DNA from: the human T2T-CHM13v2.0 reference genome, Homo sapiens | Reading direction: 5' to 3' (one strand) | NCBI RefSeq assembly: GCF_009914755.1 | Contig: NC_060945.1 | DNA length: 64,000 bases | In this document: positions 1 through 13,410 of the stretch, one piece after another | Position numbering within the stretch: position 1 is the first letter of the stretch | Layout of the letters: each line of letters begins with the position of its first letter | Program-made: the position numbers and the translations under genes | The notes under the pieces: model-generated | Seen by the model: only the letters and a program-made list of their open reading frames with translations | Databases searched by the model: none | What the model was told of the DNA's origin: nothing

Positions 1-63
1 CATTGGGGTTTATGATTTCAACATTTGATTTTTTGGGGGTGATGCAAACATTCAGCCCATAGG
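1..63 (-). mobile_element. End of a MaLR (MLT1A/MST-type) LTR, cut by the window edge
   Basis: ggggtttatgatttcaacat...aaacattcagcccatag resembles the MaLR terminus also seen at 4080-4131 and 62305-62365. Confidence 0.6.
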
Positions 64-515
64 ACTTTTCCTATTTCTATTCTTATCAGGCACTATGGCA
101 AGTTGTAGATTTGTAAATCCCCTGTTAATAAAGAGATCTCTCTAACTGAATTCTCACACTTGTGCCTTGGTTTGTTATTTCAAAACACTAAAAATTTTTT
201 GCATTACTTAGTAGCAGATATGTTTCAATCAAAAATACATAGGAAAAATAATAAGACAGTCAACTGTTTTATTTTTCAAAGGTAGGGGAGGCATTTTATT
301 TTATTTTTTAAACTTTCCTAACCCTATTTATTACATAAATAGGAGAATTTATGAATTTCTTATGAAAACAAGACTAGAAGAGACTAAAGTGAAGACATCG
401 AGCCTCCTCACTGGCTGACGTTTATTGTTGAGAAAAGTTTAAGCCCCTTCATATCTTCCACATCTCCCATAACTTCTATTTTGGCATAATGCTAAAAGAG
501 TATTCTATATATTTA

Positions 516-639
516 AATATAATGAAGGCTATAGTATATTCAAAAGTTGGATTACATTGACTAGTCAATTCAAACAACCATTAATGGTTGTCAGTCAATG
601 TAATCCAACTTTTGAATGTGCTATAGCCTTCATTATATT
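516..639. repeat. Long inverted repeat: 47-bp arms (516-562 and 593-639) with a 30-bp spacer
   Basis: Arms are reverse complements at 45/47 positions; perfect internal palindromes at 556-569 and 574-591. Confidence 0.95.
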
Positions 640-777
640 GCATTAAATGCAGCTTAAACTTCCTGAGCAGTTTAAGCACTTTAAGCTACACTGCTAATCT
701 GTTATAATAGACTAATGCAATGTTCCATTGTTTGTGTTCATTCTGAGTCTGCGAATTTAGTCCTTTCAATTCACTCT

Positions 778-1296
778 TTTTTTAATATTATTTTATTATA
801 TTTTTATTTATTTTTTATTTTACTTTAAGCTCTGGGGTACAAGTGCAGAACGTGCAGGTTTATTACATAGGTATACATGTGCCATGGTGGTTTGCGGCAC
901 CCATCAACCCATCATCTACATTAGGTATTTCTCCTAATGCTATCCCTCCCCAGCCCCCCACCCACTAACAAGCCCTGGTGTTGATGTTCCCCTCCCTGTG
1001 TCCATGTGTTCTAATTGTTCAACTCCCACTTTTGAATGAGAACACATGGTGTTTGGTTTTCTGTTCTTGTGTTAGTTCGCTGAGAATGATGGTTTCCAGC
1101 TTCATCCATGTCCCTGCAAAGGACATGAACTCATCCTTTTTTATGGCTGCATAGTATTCCATGGTGTATATGTGCCACATTTTCTTTATCCAGTCTATCA
1201 CTGATGGGCATTTGGGTTGTTATCAAGTCTTTGATATTGTGAACAGTGCCACAGTAAACATATGTGTGCATGTGTCTTTATAATAGAATTATTTAT
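778..1296 (-). mobile_element. 5'-truncated L1PA7/8-type 3' end
   Basis: T-rich tail, L1 3'UTR, and ORF 1019..1201 matching the ORF2p C-terminus (DWIKKMWHIYTMEYYAAIKK). Confidence 0.93.
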
Positions 1297-1585
1297 TTTA
1301 ATTTGAGATGGAGTCTTGCTCTGCTGCCCAGGCTGGAGCACAGTGGCATGATCTCAGCTCACTGCAACTTTTGCTTCCCAGGTTCAAATAATTCTCCTGC
1401 CTCAGCCTTCCAAATAGCTAGGATTACAGGTGCCCACCACCAAAGCCAGCTAATTTTTTGTATTTTTAGTAGAGACAGAACTTCACCATGTTGGCCAGGC
1501 TGGTCTCGAACTTCCAGCCTCAGGTGATCCACCCACCTCGGCCTCCCAAAGTTATGATTACAGGCATGAGCCACTGTGCCTGGCC
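1297..1585 (-). mobile_element. AluS (Sx/Sz-like)
   Basis: Full antisense Alu dimer ending tgcctggcc, very short tail. Confidence 0.95.
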
Positions 1586-2529
1586 TCAATTCACTCTCTT
1601 AACCAGAAAAATCAGTCAAATATTAGATTATTCCACAGTTAAATTATAATTAAAATAATCTGAGCAACTTAATCATCAACATTCTTTTATTTCTTAATAT
1701 ATATATTTTAAATTTCCTAACTAAAATGTATTGATTTAGTATTTTTTAAAAAAGTGTTTTTAGTATTCATATTTTGTACAAGTGCATGGCACATACGTAA
1801 ATTTAAGAAATATTAAACTTATTAAGATAACAAGAATTTCAAGTACTTATTTTTTATGTTTCCAACACCACTTCTTTTTTTATTTTTTATTTTAAGCTGT
1901 TTATCATGTTAGGGCTAATGAGCATGCAGTATAATATGCTTACATATTATTTATGTAATTCTAGAATTACCTATTTTGATGACAATGCTAAATTCTTATG
2001 CCTCTTTTTTTTAATTACTACTGATAGCACAGTTAGATTTTCTACTCTCAATTTTATAAAAGTGGAAAAATATAATATTCATTTATATTTTAGGTAAAAA
2101 TTTGAAAATCTATAATTTTAACAATTATTTTCCATAACCTAAATGTGACTGTATGTTTTGAATATGTATAAACAGTGAATATTTATTTTAATAAATACTG
2201 TTTTGCAGTCCATGTAAACCATGCAGAAGCAAATTTATTTGGGACTGATTACAGACTTTAATAGCTCATCTCATGAGGACATAAGCAGATCAAATTAAAG
2301 TATTAATAATACTCTGACACAATTGATTTGATACTCCAGGCGAAAATATTATCATGGATCACAGTGCAGGAAAACATGGTATTGGTTATTCTAGGTAAAT
2401 AAAGGGTAGGAAATTTATTATACTTTTTTTATTTTGACCCCATGAGGTAAGATTTGGTCTTAAATGCTACATGATCATAGCATGAACCCAACAGCTTAGA
2501 ATTTCTAAGCCATCCTAAAATTGCTTTAG

Positions 2530-3470
2530 TGACGTTTAGTAAACAAATATTTTTGGATGTTTCTTTTTACCAGGCAATATGCTGGGCATGGGGAATATGA
2601 AGATGACAGAAGTACACATTATCCCAGTTTATTAGTTTATGTTTACTGTTTGTTTTATATGTTATGAAAGAAAACAAATGAATAGAAAATTCAAATAAAC
2701 AGAGAAAACAAATAGTGGGTAATGTGCACATGTTTACTTTAGAAAGGTGACTGGAACTGGCTTTTCTGTGGAAGCAATATTGAATGGGAGATTTAAAAAT
2801 CAAGAAGAATGGCCAGGTGCAGTGGCTCACACCTATAATACCAGCACTTTGGGAGGCTGAGGCAGGTGGATCACATGAGATCAGGAGTTTGAGACCAGCC
2901 TAACCAACAAAACGAAACCTCATCTCTACTAAAAATGCAAAAATTAGCTGGGCTTGGTGGTGAGCACCTGTAATCCCAGCTACTCAGGAGGCTGAGGCGG
3001 GAGAATTGCTTAAACCCAGGAAGCGGAAGTTTCAGTGAGCGGAGATGGCACCATTGCACTCCAGCCCTGGGGGCAAGAGCAAAACTCCATCTCAAAAAGA
3101 AAAAAAAATCAAGAAAAAGATAGTTATAGGAACCACAGGGGGAAGAGCAGTCCAGAAAAGTGTGGTAGCCCTTGGTTAATGTGAAGAAATTAAGAGAAGT
3201 TCAGTTTAGCTTCAGAGTATATCACATTGGATGATATCGAAGACAGACATGAATTCATATTTTATTTCAAGTAATAAGCAAACGTTGGCCCTTCATAAAC
3301 ATAAAAGATAAATTGTGCAATTTATATTTTTGAAAAGTCATTCAGTTTGCTGTGTTGATATTGCAGAGTTATATAAAAAGTGGGAAGACCCTTTCCGTGG
3401 CTGTAACAGTAAGATAACAGAGCTGATGGTGGCTTTCACTAGGGGAGTGGAGATGAAATTTGTGAGGACT
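2530..3470 (-). mobile_element. Degraded L2, interrupted by the Alu at 2811
   Basis: aaacaaatattt...ccaggcaatatgctgggcatgggg resembles the L2 3' end antisense; purine-rich L2-like continuation. Confidence 0.5.
2811..3108 (+). mobile_element. AluSp/Sq-like
   Basis: Full dimer, A tail, TSD aaaaatcaagaa on both sides. Confidence 0.95.
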
Positions 3471-3784
3471 CAGGGAGAACAACTGTGATAGTAATAGTGA
3501 TTGTAATATATAGTGGCCAAGGGTATTTACAACAGGAATTATAATGTTGCGTAATGGAATCTAGGTTAGACAAAAGAAAAAAGGAATGCCAAAAGATACT
3601 AAATCATCATGAAAATAGCATGAGAATAATGGCCTAAAACTTACAATGAAATTAAATAATTGAGATATTGAGATTTTTAAGCAAGTATTATGGAAGATAA
3701 GAGGTTGCAGTTGGGAAACAAACTTCTAGAAATAAAATTCCAAAGGTAGCCCAAAATCTGAAGATGATACATCCAGCAGGGGGC

Positions 3785-4131
3785 TGTCTTAGTCCATTTG
3801 AGCTGCTGTAACAAAATGCCTTAGACTGGGTCATTTGTAAACAGCAGAAATGTATTGTTCACATTCTGGTGGCTGGAAAGTGTAAGATCAAGTTGCCAGC
3901 AGACACAGTGTCTGTTGAGGGCTTGCTCTCTCCTTCACAGTTGGCACCATCTTGCTGCATCCTCACACGGTGGAAGGGACAAACAGGGTTTCTCAAGCAT
4001 CTTTTACAAGACCACTAATTCCAGTCATGCCCTCATCACCTCCTAAAGCCTCCACCTCTTAACACTGTCACAATGGCTATTACATTTCAACATAAGAATC
4101 TGTGGGGCACACCAACATTCAAACCTTAACA
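3785..4131 (-). mobile_element. MaLR solo LTR (MLT1A/MSTD-like)
   Basis: tgtcttagtccatttgagctgctgtaacaaaat...aacattcaaaccttaaca with TG...CA ends. Confidence 0.8.
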
Positions 4132-6009
4132 GTGTCCATGGCAGTGGATAGATAGGTAACTTGGAGGGGAAGGAAAGATAAATGATAACAAGACAGACTG
4201 AGGCAGTAGAGTGTTAGATAGTTAAGCTCTGCAGAGGTGGAATTCAAAGTGATTAATGACAGGCATTCAGGGAAAGGGGAACAAAGTCTTTAGTGAATTA
4301 GATGAAGTTAATAGAAGTTAAAAAATAGAGTCTGGACTTTTAAATATAATTGTTGAGCTTTAAAAGCAATCCAGAAGTTGAAGCTATAAACAAAGCTACA
4401 ATTATTCATTAAAGTACTATAAAACAAAGCAATCTTCTCATCTCAAATGTAGAGATAATTATATTTGATTTGAAATTACATAAATTGAATTTCAACCTTA
4501 GCATGATAAAGCCCTTTGAGAGTCTTAGAAAGAAGCTGCTACATATATACAACTTATTACCATTAGAAAAGCAACTTGACCCTGAAATCTGTGCTTGGAA
4601 TGCATTTTATTTTTCTAATTTATTATTTTAAGAGCAGTTGTAATACAAAATACAATTCCGTTTAAATAGATATATAGTATAGTATGACTTCAGATTTGTT
4701 TATTGTGCTTTATTATATAAGTAAAAGAAAAAATAATGTTTTCCTTAACAAAGCAATAAATTTATTGTGCAAAGGCAAAGATTGCTTCAGTTTGAATTTC
4801 TTGCCAAACCAGATAATTAGAACATACAAACAAGGGCTGATTTTTTTTCGCAGAATATAAAGACTGATATAAGGAGACATGCATTATTGGAAAGGCAATT
4901 ATACATCAAGAGTTTGTCCAAAAGAGAAGATGCATCTGGCGTTTCTAATTTGATATATGAGTAATCTGAGATTGAATTTATCACAGAAAAACCTGTAATC
5001 ATAGGACCTTTAGAAAGATCAAATTATGGGTGATCAGAAAGCATTAGCATCACCTGTGAATCAGGAATGCTTCTGCTCTAAGGAAAAGCCTCTTGATTCA
5101 AAACTTTTTCAATTTTTTTACCCCAGTTTTTTCTTACCACAGTTTCCATCAGTCTGGCACAAGAAATCTTTGGCTTAAAAAACAAATAGCAGGATAAGAA
5201 AATCTTAAAGTGCAAACTCTAAACACAATGCATAAATAAAGTTCGATATATTTAAAATATTTTTAATTTTCTTTGAGTTCCCTCCTAAATACTGGCTATA
5301 TTTCTTTGGGTTCCTTCCTAAATGTGAGTATCAGCTAACATTATAAAACAAAACATGTAATTAAAAATTTGGTTTCATTGCTAATTATCCATTCCTAGAA
5401 TTCTAGGCTGAAAGACAGTGCTTAGTTTTAATATTCGAGTAAGGTATTTCTAAAAAACATTATGCATCTGGAACAGTGGTTTCTAAAGTCCAGGGTTATT
5501 TCCACAGACTTACATTCTTAGCAGAGAAGTTTAGTTATTTATTGACATGGTAAATTATTGAGCTCTGAATTTTTGTTTCCTCTTCTCTGTGGAGGTAGAT
5601 GAAGTTAGATGAAGCAAAAGATGATTTCTACCACTCTGTATTCTTTGGATTCCAGTGATGTAACTTAACTCAAAAACTTATAAAAGCAAATGAAGTCCAT
5701 TGTACAAATGTGCAATGGAAATATTAAGACTTTGGTTGAAAGTTTGATTAAAATAAAACTGACATCATATAATTCTAACAGTGCTATCGAAGCCATGCAT
5801 CTGATAGCATTGCTGCTTTAATTCATAATTTATAAGAATGAGGAAGAGCTGGCTAACATGTCTGCATCTGTCAACCTTAATGTGTTATGATTACTAAAAA
5901 TCTGTAATTAAGTGAAGAACTGCTAGTCTTTTTTTGTGTTTGCGGACAGATCTTAAACAAATAAAATTCTATGGAAGTGATTTGACAGAGCCTAGGAAAG
6001 AGGAGGAAT

Positions 6010-6150
6010 GCTATAGCATTAAGAGCTCATCCTCTGAGTTAGATAAACTATGTGTTCGTTCTGTCTTTCCCACTTATAGGGGTGTAATTTTCAGAAATTC
6101 AGCTGGTTCCCCTAAGCCTCATATTTGTTTGTAAAATATTATTATTAAAT
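6010..6150 (+). mobile_element. MIR fragment
   Basis: Core-like ttaagagctc...ctttcccacttataggggtgtaatttt...cctaagcctcatattt. Confidence 0.5.
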
Positions 6151-6493
6151 GAATAGAGTTTTGATAATTAAGTACATGTTATATATAAAACACTTAATGA
6201 CCTTCATGTAGTTGACCTCAGTATATTACATGTACATATACATAATACATGTATGCATATGTGTGTTTATATGTATACTTGTAAATGTTTTCTTATTATT
6301 AGATAGATACTCAAAATGGATTTTGCTCAGAGAATTTACATCACAAATATTATTGTACTCTATAGCTTCTTCCATTAAAAAGGCATGTGCAAAATTCAAG
6401 TTCATAAAACCATTTCTTAAGTAGCAGGAAAATCACCATCTCCACTATATTCTATTTTAAAATTTTCAGAAAAATCAGTTGACATTAAGATGG

Positions 6494-6927
6494 TGTATTA
6501 GTCTGTTTTTACACAGAGCTGCCTGAAACTGGGTAATTTATAAAGAAAAAAGGTTTAATTAACTCACAGTTTCACATGGATGGGGAGGCCTCAGGAAACT
6601 TACAATCATGGCAGAAGGTGAAGCAGGCACATATTACAGGGTGGCAGGTGAGAGAGAGAGAGAGAGAGAGACGGAAAGAGAGAGAGAGAGACAGACAGAG
6701 AGACAGACAGACAGAGAGACAGACAGAGAGACAGAAAGAGGAAACCACTGCTGATGAAACCATCAGATCTCATGAGAACTCACTCACTCTCACAAGAACA
6801 GCATGGGGGGAAACCACCTCCATGATCCAAACATCCCCCACAGGTCCCTCCCGAGACAGGTGGAGACTACAGTTTAGATGGCAATTCAAGATGAAATTTG
6901 GGGTGTGGACACAGCCAAACCATATCA
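6494..6927 (-). mobile_element. THE1/MSTA-type MaLR solo LTR
   Basis: tgtattagtctg...ccaaaccatatca with perfect 5-bp TSD gatgg. Confidence 0.92.
6649..6738. repeat. (GA)n/(GACA)n microsatellite inside the LTR
   Basis: Seen directly. Confidence 0.95.
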
Positions 6928-7566
6928 GATGGTAAAAGAGATTTCATTTGCCATGTAAATACATCACAAATGTAATCTTCTACCTTTTTGTGTCTACTTT
7001 GCTGCATGTCATTCACTCATTTATCTATCCCTTGGTCACTACAAAATATAGAAGTGCCTACTAAACCACATTGAATTACTCTCAGTGTGATTTTTAAAAT
7101 ATGCTCTAATATTGCTTTAATCAGACTGTCTCAATAACCATAGCAGCTCATTGTACAGCTGTTAGATAAAAAGAGTTTTACTTAATTGCCTTGAAGTTTA
7201 CTTGATTTTGGAACTGTACATATCTGAGTCACTGATAATGTTCTAGAAATGGTTTCTGCAAATTTGCAGATTAACAGACCGTTTCTATGGATTACTTATG
7301 TTTGAGTTCTGTAAATCTAATTTAAATAAGTAGCTGTTTTCCTCGATGAGCAATTTTATAAAGAAGCAACTATTAATGGGGATCTGTTTATGGATTATTT
7401 AATGTCACTATGAAGTTTTAAATTTTTTTCTTGGAGAACAGAAACACCAAATCTTAACAACAAACCAAATAAACAAACTTCTCAAACACTTAAATTAGAA
7501 AATAAAATTAGATAAGCATAATAAAATTAGAAAAATGTGATATTCTTATTATCTTGAAGATAAATT

Positions 7567-7626
7567 ATTTCTGCTCCATAATTTGTTTTTAGAATAATTT
7601 CTGCTCCATAATTTGTTTTTAGAATA
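7567..7626. repeat. Perfect 30-bp tandem duplication
   Basis: atttctgctccataatttgtttttagaata x2. Confidence 0.95.
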
Positions 7627-8840
7627 CTTTCTAAATAATGATTATTTACACATTCTACAGTAAATTATTCTTCTGTCTGCACATTGGTTGTTTCTAACTC
7701 TAGTGGGGAAAAGATTTTTACTGACTGATAATCAGCAAAATATAAAGTAACAAGAATACACCACCAAAATTTGAGAATACCAAGTGCTCTTTAAAACACA
7801 CTGATATATGAACTCTCATAATTTCCCCACATTATTTTTCTGAGATTGTTTCACAGGCAGAATTCTTAAGTTTCTAAGTACTGTGATTTCAGCATTTGGC
7901 ATCAGAAGAAAACAGCAGGCCTGAGAAGCTTATACTTACAATATTGAAAAAGAAAAGTGAAGAAGAAATTTTAGAAGCAGAATATGGGGAATGTAAAGCC
8001 CCTTTTTCACTGCATCATATGCAGACTATCTTAAATTTATTAATAATATATTAACAGATAAAGCCTTTATTATTTTTAGATTTCATGTTCTATCTAAATT
8101 CTTAGTGGGCTTTGCTTCTTTAGGATCCAGGTGATAATATTTGTCATGCACTCTTTCATAGCTACAAATTATGTAATATTTTCTTAGCACCCACTGAAGA
8201 CAAACTTTCTACCATTTCTCAGTGCCATTAAAGCACGTTGTACACATATGTATACCTTAAATTTTTAAAATGCCAGCAGCCCATGAAAATACAGCCCAGT
8301 TTTAGTCTGATATAATTTGGAGACTTCTTTTTGGCTATTGGACTTGACAACTATGGATAAAATCCAATTTGTCAAAATGCACATGATAAATTCTTACCAA
8401 GATAACACACTCTTTTGTAGGGTAAAAAGAAACTAATTTGTGCAATTGTATAAATTGATATTTTTAAAGGTTATCACCCAGTGACCTTATCATTAGCCTT
8501 ATTATTGCCAACTTGTCCTAAAATGTTAACTAGGACTTTGGTCTCTCTGGCAGAGCAAGAAACTCCATGCGGTAGAATCGTCGTGGTTCTTCATGGCCTG
8601 GCTAGGTGTGTGGATCTTTTCCAAAAGGAAAGCTAGGAGATAATTAATGGCTGGGTGCCATAATCTATAGTATATGAGTTATACGAATTGCCTAGAAATC
8701 CTAAATAAACCCAGGTTTTACACATTTTATAAAAAGATAAAGCTTTACAGATGTATCATGTTTTATATGTAATGTATAAGACGTTATAAACTGTACGAAT
8801 TTAATTTTTAATACAGCTTAGGTTTTGTTTCTAAACCCAG

Positions 8841-9200
8841 TGCTATAGACTGCATGGTTTCATCCCACCAAAATTCATATGTTGAAATCCTAACCTCCAA
8901 TGTGATGGTGTTAGGAGGTGCAGCCCTTGGTAAGTAATTAGGTCATGAGGGTGGAACCCTCATAAATGGGATTCGTGCCCTTATAAAAGAGATCTCAGAG
9001 AGCTCCCTCCTCTCACCATGTTAGGACACAGCAAGAAGACATCTATCTATAAACCGGGAGGGCAGCCTTCACTTGACATAGAATCTACTGGTGCCTTGCT
9101 CTCAAATTTTCCAGGCTCCAGAACTCTAAGAAATAAATGTGTGCTGTTCATGAGCTCCCCATTTTATAGCATTTTGTTATAGCAGCCCAAATGGATGAAG
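8841..9200 (+). mobile_element. MLT1A0-like MaLR LTR
   Basis: tgctatagactg...aaattcatatgttgaaatcctaacc...aaataaatg...tttgttatagcagccc. Confidence 0.85.
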
Positions 9201-9470
9201 CCACCCTCTTTTTCAAGAACACAGTAAAATCTTGCCATAGTATGATTATAGAGAGAAAGATTTCAAAAGGGAAAGCATTTTTTAAATGACTAGTGCAAAG
9301 TAGGAAATTACCATTTTGTGGCACATAGAGCTAGCTAATACTAATAATTTTTAAGCTGGCTTTCAACTGCAGCTATCCAGGTGCCACACCTGTCATACCA
9401 GAAGCTGTCATCTGCCCTAGGCATTTTCCTCTTATTATAATTTAGCAGTATAAGTAAACCAGACATTTAT

Positions 9471-9527
9471 TTAGGTTGATGCAAAAGTAATTGCGTTTTT
9501 GTCATTGAAAGTAATGGCAAAAGTAAT
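9471..9527. mobile_element. Partial MADE1 (mariner MITE)
   Basis: ttaggttgatgcaaaagtaattgcgtttttg...aatggcaaaa; one terminal inverted repeat lost. Confidence 0.85.
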
Positions 9528-12139
9528 AGAAACATAATTTTTCTGTGTTTGTTGATAACAGAGAAAGAATTAACTAAATGTATCTTTGCACTTCTTTAGA
9601 CAATATTGCAATACAGTAATGAGGTAATGTCTATTGCTTTAGGTGGAGGCAATCTTATTCTTTAATAATTCTGAACTAATAGTTCAGAGCAGAAATTTCA
9701 GCTCAACCAACACAGCAAATAGCATCTCCCAAGACATTTATTTGCTTACTGGCACAACTGTTGGTGGTAATTATTTGGCTGATTTTCTTCCATAGAGGAG
9801 GTAATATTAGCAATGCTGCCCAGTCCTTGAATTGTTTCGAGTAAGGAAACTTTTATAATGAGGAAGTCAGTTCTATGTTGTGAATTACAAATAAGGTAAA
9901 TGAGGCCCATACTTAGTTTATGGGGTGGCAGGGTGGAGAGAAACAAAAGAAATTATTAGCTATTGACAAACAGGCAGGAAGGCTGTCCTATTGAAGACTT
10001 TGCTAACCACACAGCATGGGATAAAACTCATTTAGAGCAGTTGTGAATGGTGGAGGAACAAGTCTGGGCTTGATTTTGACATAGGGTTGATTTTACTAGT
10101 TAGCAGGAAGAAGTTAAATTAGGAGATCTACTACCAGCAACCACCAGGATCTTCTTGTCAGCCATCATAACCAGAGCAGTGTCCAAGTGAGGAGTGGATT
10201 TTGGGTCATATTTCTAGGGAGAAAAAGATAAATTAATATTATAAAGCTGTTTAGTGGGGGCAGCTGACATTTTCTAGTATTTGGTGACATAGATCTAAGA
10301 TGGTAGTTCTTGGCACTTAATAGCTAATTATTAGACCAGAAACCATGAAAAGGCTTTTCTAGTGAAGTTCCGGTGATGTTTCAGCTGGAGATCCTTGTTG
10401 TGAACCCCATCACCAGGCATTTACCTTGGCAAGGTTTGTCCAAGTTAACCCGTGAAAGGAATTCTGTTGACTCACTCTGATTGTTTGAAAAACATATAAC
10501 ATGAACCGCATAATGGTAGTACTTCCCAAATTTGTTTATATCACTATACACAGAAAATGTGACATTTATAGGCCACACTAGGGTTAACAGACAAGCCTGT
10601 CAAGGTTAAGGTGGGTGGTGGTGGTCGGGTGTGCTATGAGGCCTTGAGCCTGGCCATCCTGACTTGGCTCCTCTACCTGGTTCTAATCATACTACTTGGG
10701 CTATCTGATCTATCAAATAAATATCTCAGTACACTAATTAACACTTTATATGTACTGCAAAGAATCCAAAGCTCTTTTTCTGCAGCTGCCGTATTTTTAA
10801 GGGCCATAAGCAGAACATTTTGTAATGTAAACCTGGTTCAAATCATAGTACTTGAACATGGTATTTTGGAATTTCCGATTCAACATTTCAGGTGCTTTAG
10901 GAAACAATAGTGCTAATGAATTCAAGGTAAATGATAACTTTCTCTACCATAAGACTTGTGAAGTGTGTCCACACTTTACATTAAGAAGTATTTAAGTCAT
11001 TAAGTCGTTAAGAAGTATTCATACCTCGGGCCAAAATATTTTAGAAGAATCCTGCTGATGATCGCTGCATCAGACTTGGCATATGGGTCTGTTTTACCCA
11101 TTGTCAATATCATAAGTGCTCTTAAATTTTTTCAGGTGAACAAATGGAACCTGAATGCATTTACATGTGTGTTCCCAAGGGCAAAGTGGAAGAAAGCGAA
11201 CCCTTTTTATTTGTCTTGAGTGTCTCTCCCCAATCCCCTACCCTGTTGTTGTGGCTGACAATAAAGCATCTCCAATATTACTAATGAGACACTCTGGAGA
11301 AATTTGGGGACATATTATTCATGTTCAAATCATCCTGGTATTACCCCTTTATAGTATATGCCAGGACAAGGGTTATACAATAGAAACAGAATGAATACTC
11401 TAGTATTTTGAGCTACTATTGGGGAGCAACAAACACGACCTGAGGAGGGAGAAGAAAGACATCATGACTGTCTTCAAAGCTGCTTTCTCCTTCCCTTTTC
11501 TTTCCTTTTATTTGCTTGTAATTTAATTAGTGAAGGCCAGTATCTGAAAGAGCTGCCAAGAAAGACTGCTCTGTTGATAAAGTAGAAAGAGAAAGCAATT
11601 TAAGAGTGAGAAATAACCACAGCCTTGGCTGTGTTATTGGACAGAAAACCATCTTTTTTTTAATAGCCTAAGTAGAAAGAAACCATTAACAGTTTAGCTT
11701 CTCCAGGAGTAAGAAACCCTCATTATTTTAATAATTTTTCTCAGCCAAGAAGCACCCAAAGGCATTATGAAAGGGGTGATAACTGATGCTTTTTAATATG
11801 TAAGTGAACATTCTGTAGGAGAGCTGCCAATTCTGGCACCTGGGCAGAACACAGAGGCAAGGAGGAAATTTCACCACCTCACAGAGCACAAAGTGCAGAA
11901 TGGAAACCAATTTTATTTACTCTCTGACCTACTAGTCTGTTTCCTTTTTTATCTACCATGTATAGGTTTCACTTACTACCTTTTAAATACATTGACTTAG
12001 TTTATATCTATGTAGTCATACAGGTTATATTTAAATGACATTATTCACAGATCTAAAACCGTTCCTGGTAACAGGCATATCAAAAGGCAAGCATATCACA
12101 CAGCGTCATAACTAGACCTAATAATATGTTGCATAATTG

Positions 12140-12318
12140 AAATTTTCTGGGAGAGATTTCAAGTGTTCTCACCACACAAACTGGTTACTAGGTAAAGTGA
12201 TGGATATGTTAGCTTGTTTGTGGTACTCATTTCACAAGGTATATGTGTATCAAAACACCACATTATATACTTTAAATATATACAATTTTTATTTGTCAAT
12301 CATACCTCAGTAAAGCTG
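12140..12318 (+). mobile_element. L1MA/L1MB 3' end fragment
   Basis: tgttctcaccacaca...tcaaaacaccacattatatactttaaatatatacaatttttatttgtcaatcatacctcagtaaagctg. Confidence 0.8.
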
Positions 12319-13236
12319 CAGGCAGGGGGTGTGGGCAGGGGATCCAAGCATATCAAAAGTTTGTAACATGTTCATCTAGGCTACTGTTTTCAGTGTCATA
12401 AAAAATTGCAAAATAATACAGATACATAGATAAATTAGTAGGTATTGTAATTTTTTTCTTTTTTTTTCTTTGCAACTATTCTTTTCTCAGAAGGCTTTTT
12501 ATACATAGCTATTATTAATACTTCAGATGTTAATAAATAACTTATTGTGTCTGCTCAGATTTCTTAAATGTATTATTATTACCTAATATTTAATATTTAT
12601 GTATCACTTAACATTTAATTATTGATAATATATTATTAAATATGAATGTTTAATATTTAATTTATTATTATTTAAAAGTTAACTTATTATATTATATATA
12701 TCTCTCTCTCATTTAATGTTGGTAATACATTTCTAAAAACAGACATTCTGCTTGAGAATGTAAATAGAGAGGCTATTTTCCATTATTTTAAGAGGGAAAT
12801 AATTACAATTTACTTACAACGCTTGTCAATTTCTCAAAATGTAACAAATATACAGAAAAAATGTTTTAATATAAGTAACAAATAGTCTTGCCAAGGTGTA
12901 AAATGCCTAAAGCACCACTTCTGCTTTCTGATCACCAAAAATTAACGTAGTTGTTACCTACCAGATAAAGCAACGCAGCAATATATGCTCAAAACCAGTA
13001 GCACTTTCAATGTACCACTTCTTTGCTGACTTTTAGGGAGCTTTTCAAACCATTTACATGTGATTCTGATATTCCTCCAGTTGTATTGGAAGTAAAACCT
13101 ATAGACTTTTCCCCTTGGGGACTTTTACGTTCTGAGATATTAATATCATTTTTCCTACATGGTCATTAACTGAAACTCTAATTAAGAGTTAGATGTATAC
13201 CATTCAGTTTGTATCTTAAAAACTGAGGGGCATTCT

Positions 13237-13410
13237 GGCCGGGCGCAGTGGCTCACGCCTGTAATCCTAGCACTTTGGGAGGCCGAGGCTGGCGGATTGC
13301 CTGAGCTCAGGAGTTCGAGACCTGCCTGGGCAACCTGGTGAAACCCCGTCTCTACTAAAATACAAAAAAAAAAAAAAAAAAATTAGCCGGGTGTAGCGGT
13401 GTGTGCTTGT
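13237..13410 (+). mobile_element. AluS, 5' part of a split element
   Basis: Left monomer plus start of right monomer ending ...gtgtgcttgt; left TSD aaaactgaggggcattc at 13219-13235. Confidence 0.95.

Noticed and set aside
6576-6935. 119-aa RE/RQ-rich ORF
   Set aside because: Produced by the GA/GACA microsatellite inside a MaLR LTR.
2335-11394. Exon-like AG...GT windows (about 2340-2394, 4854 onward, 10891-10926, 11136 onward)
   Set aside because: No recognisable protein similarity or consistent frame; such motifs are common in AT-rich DNA.
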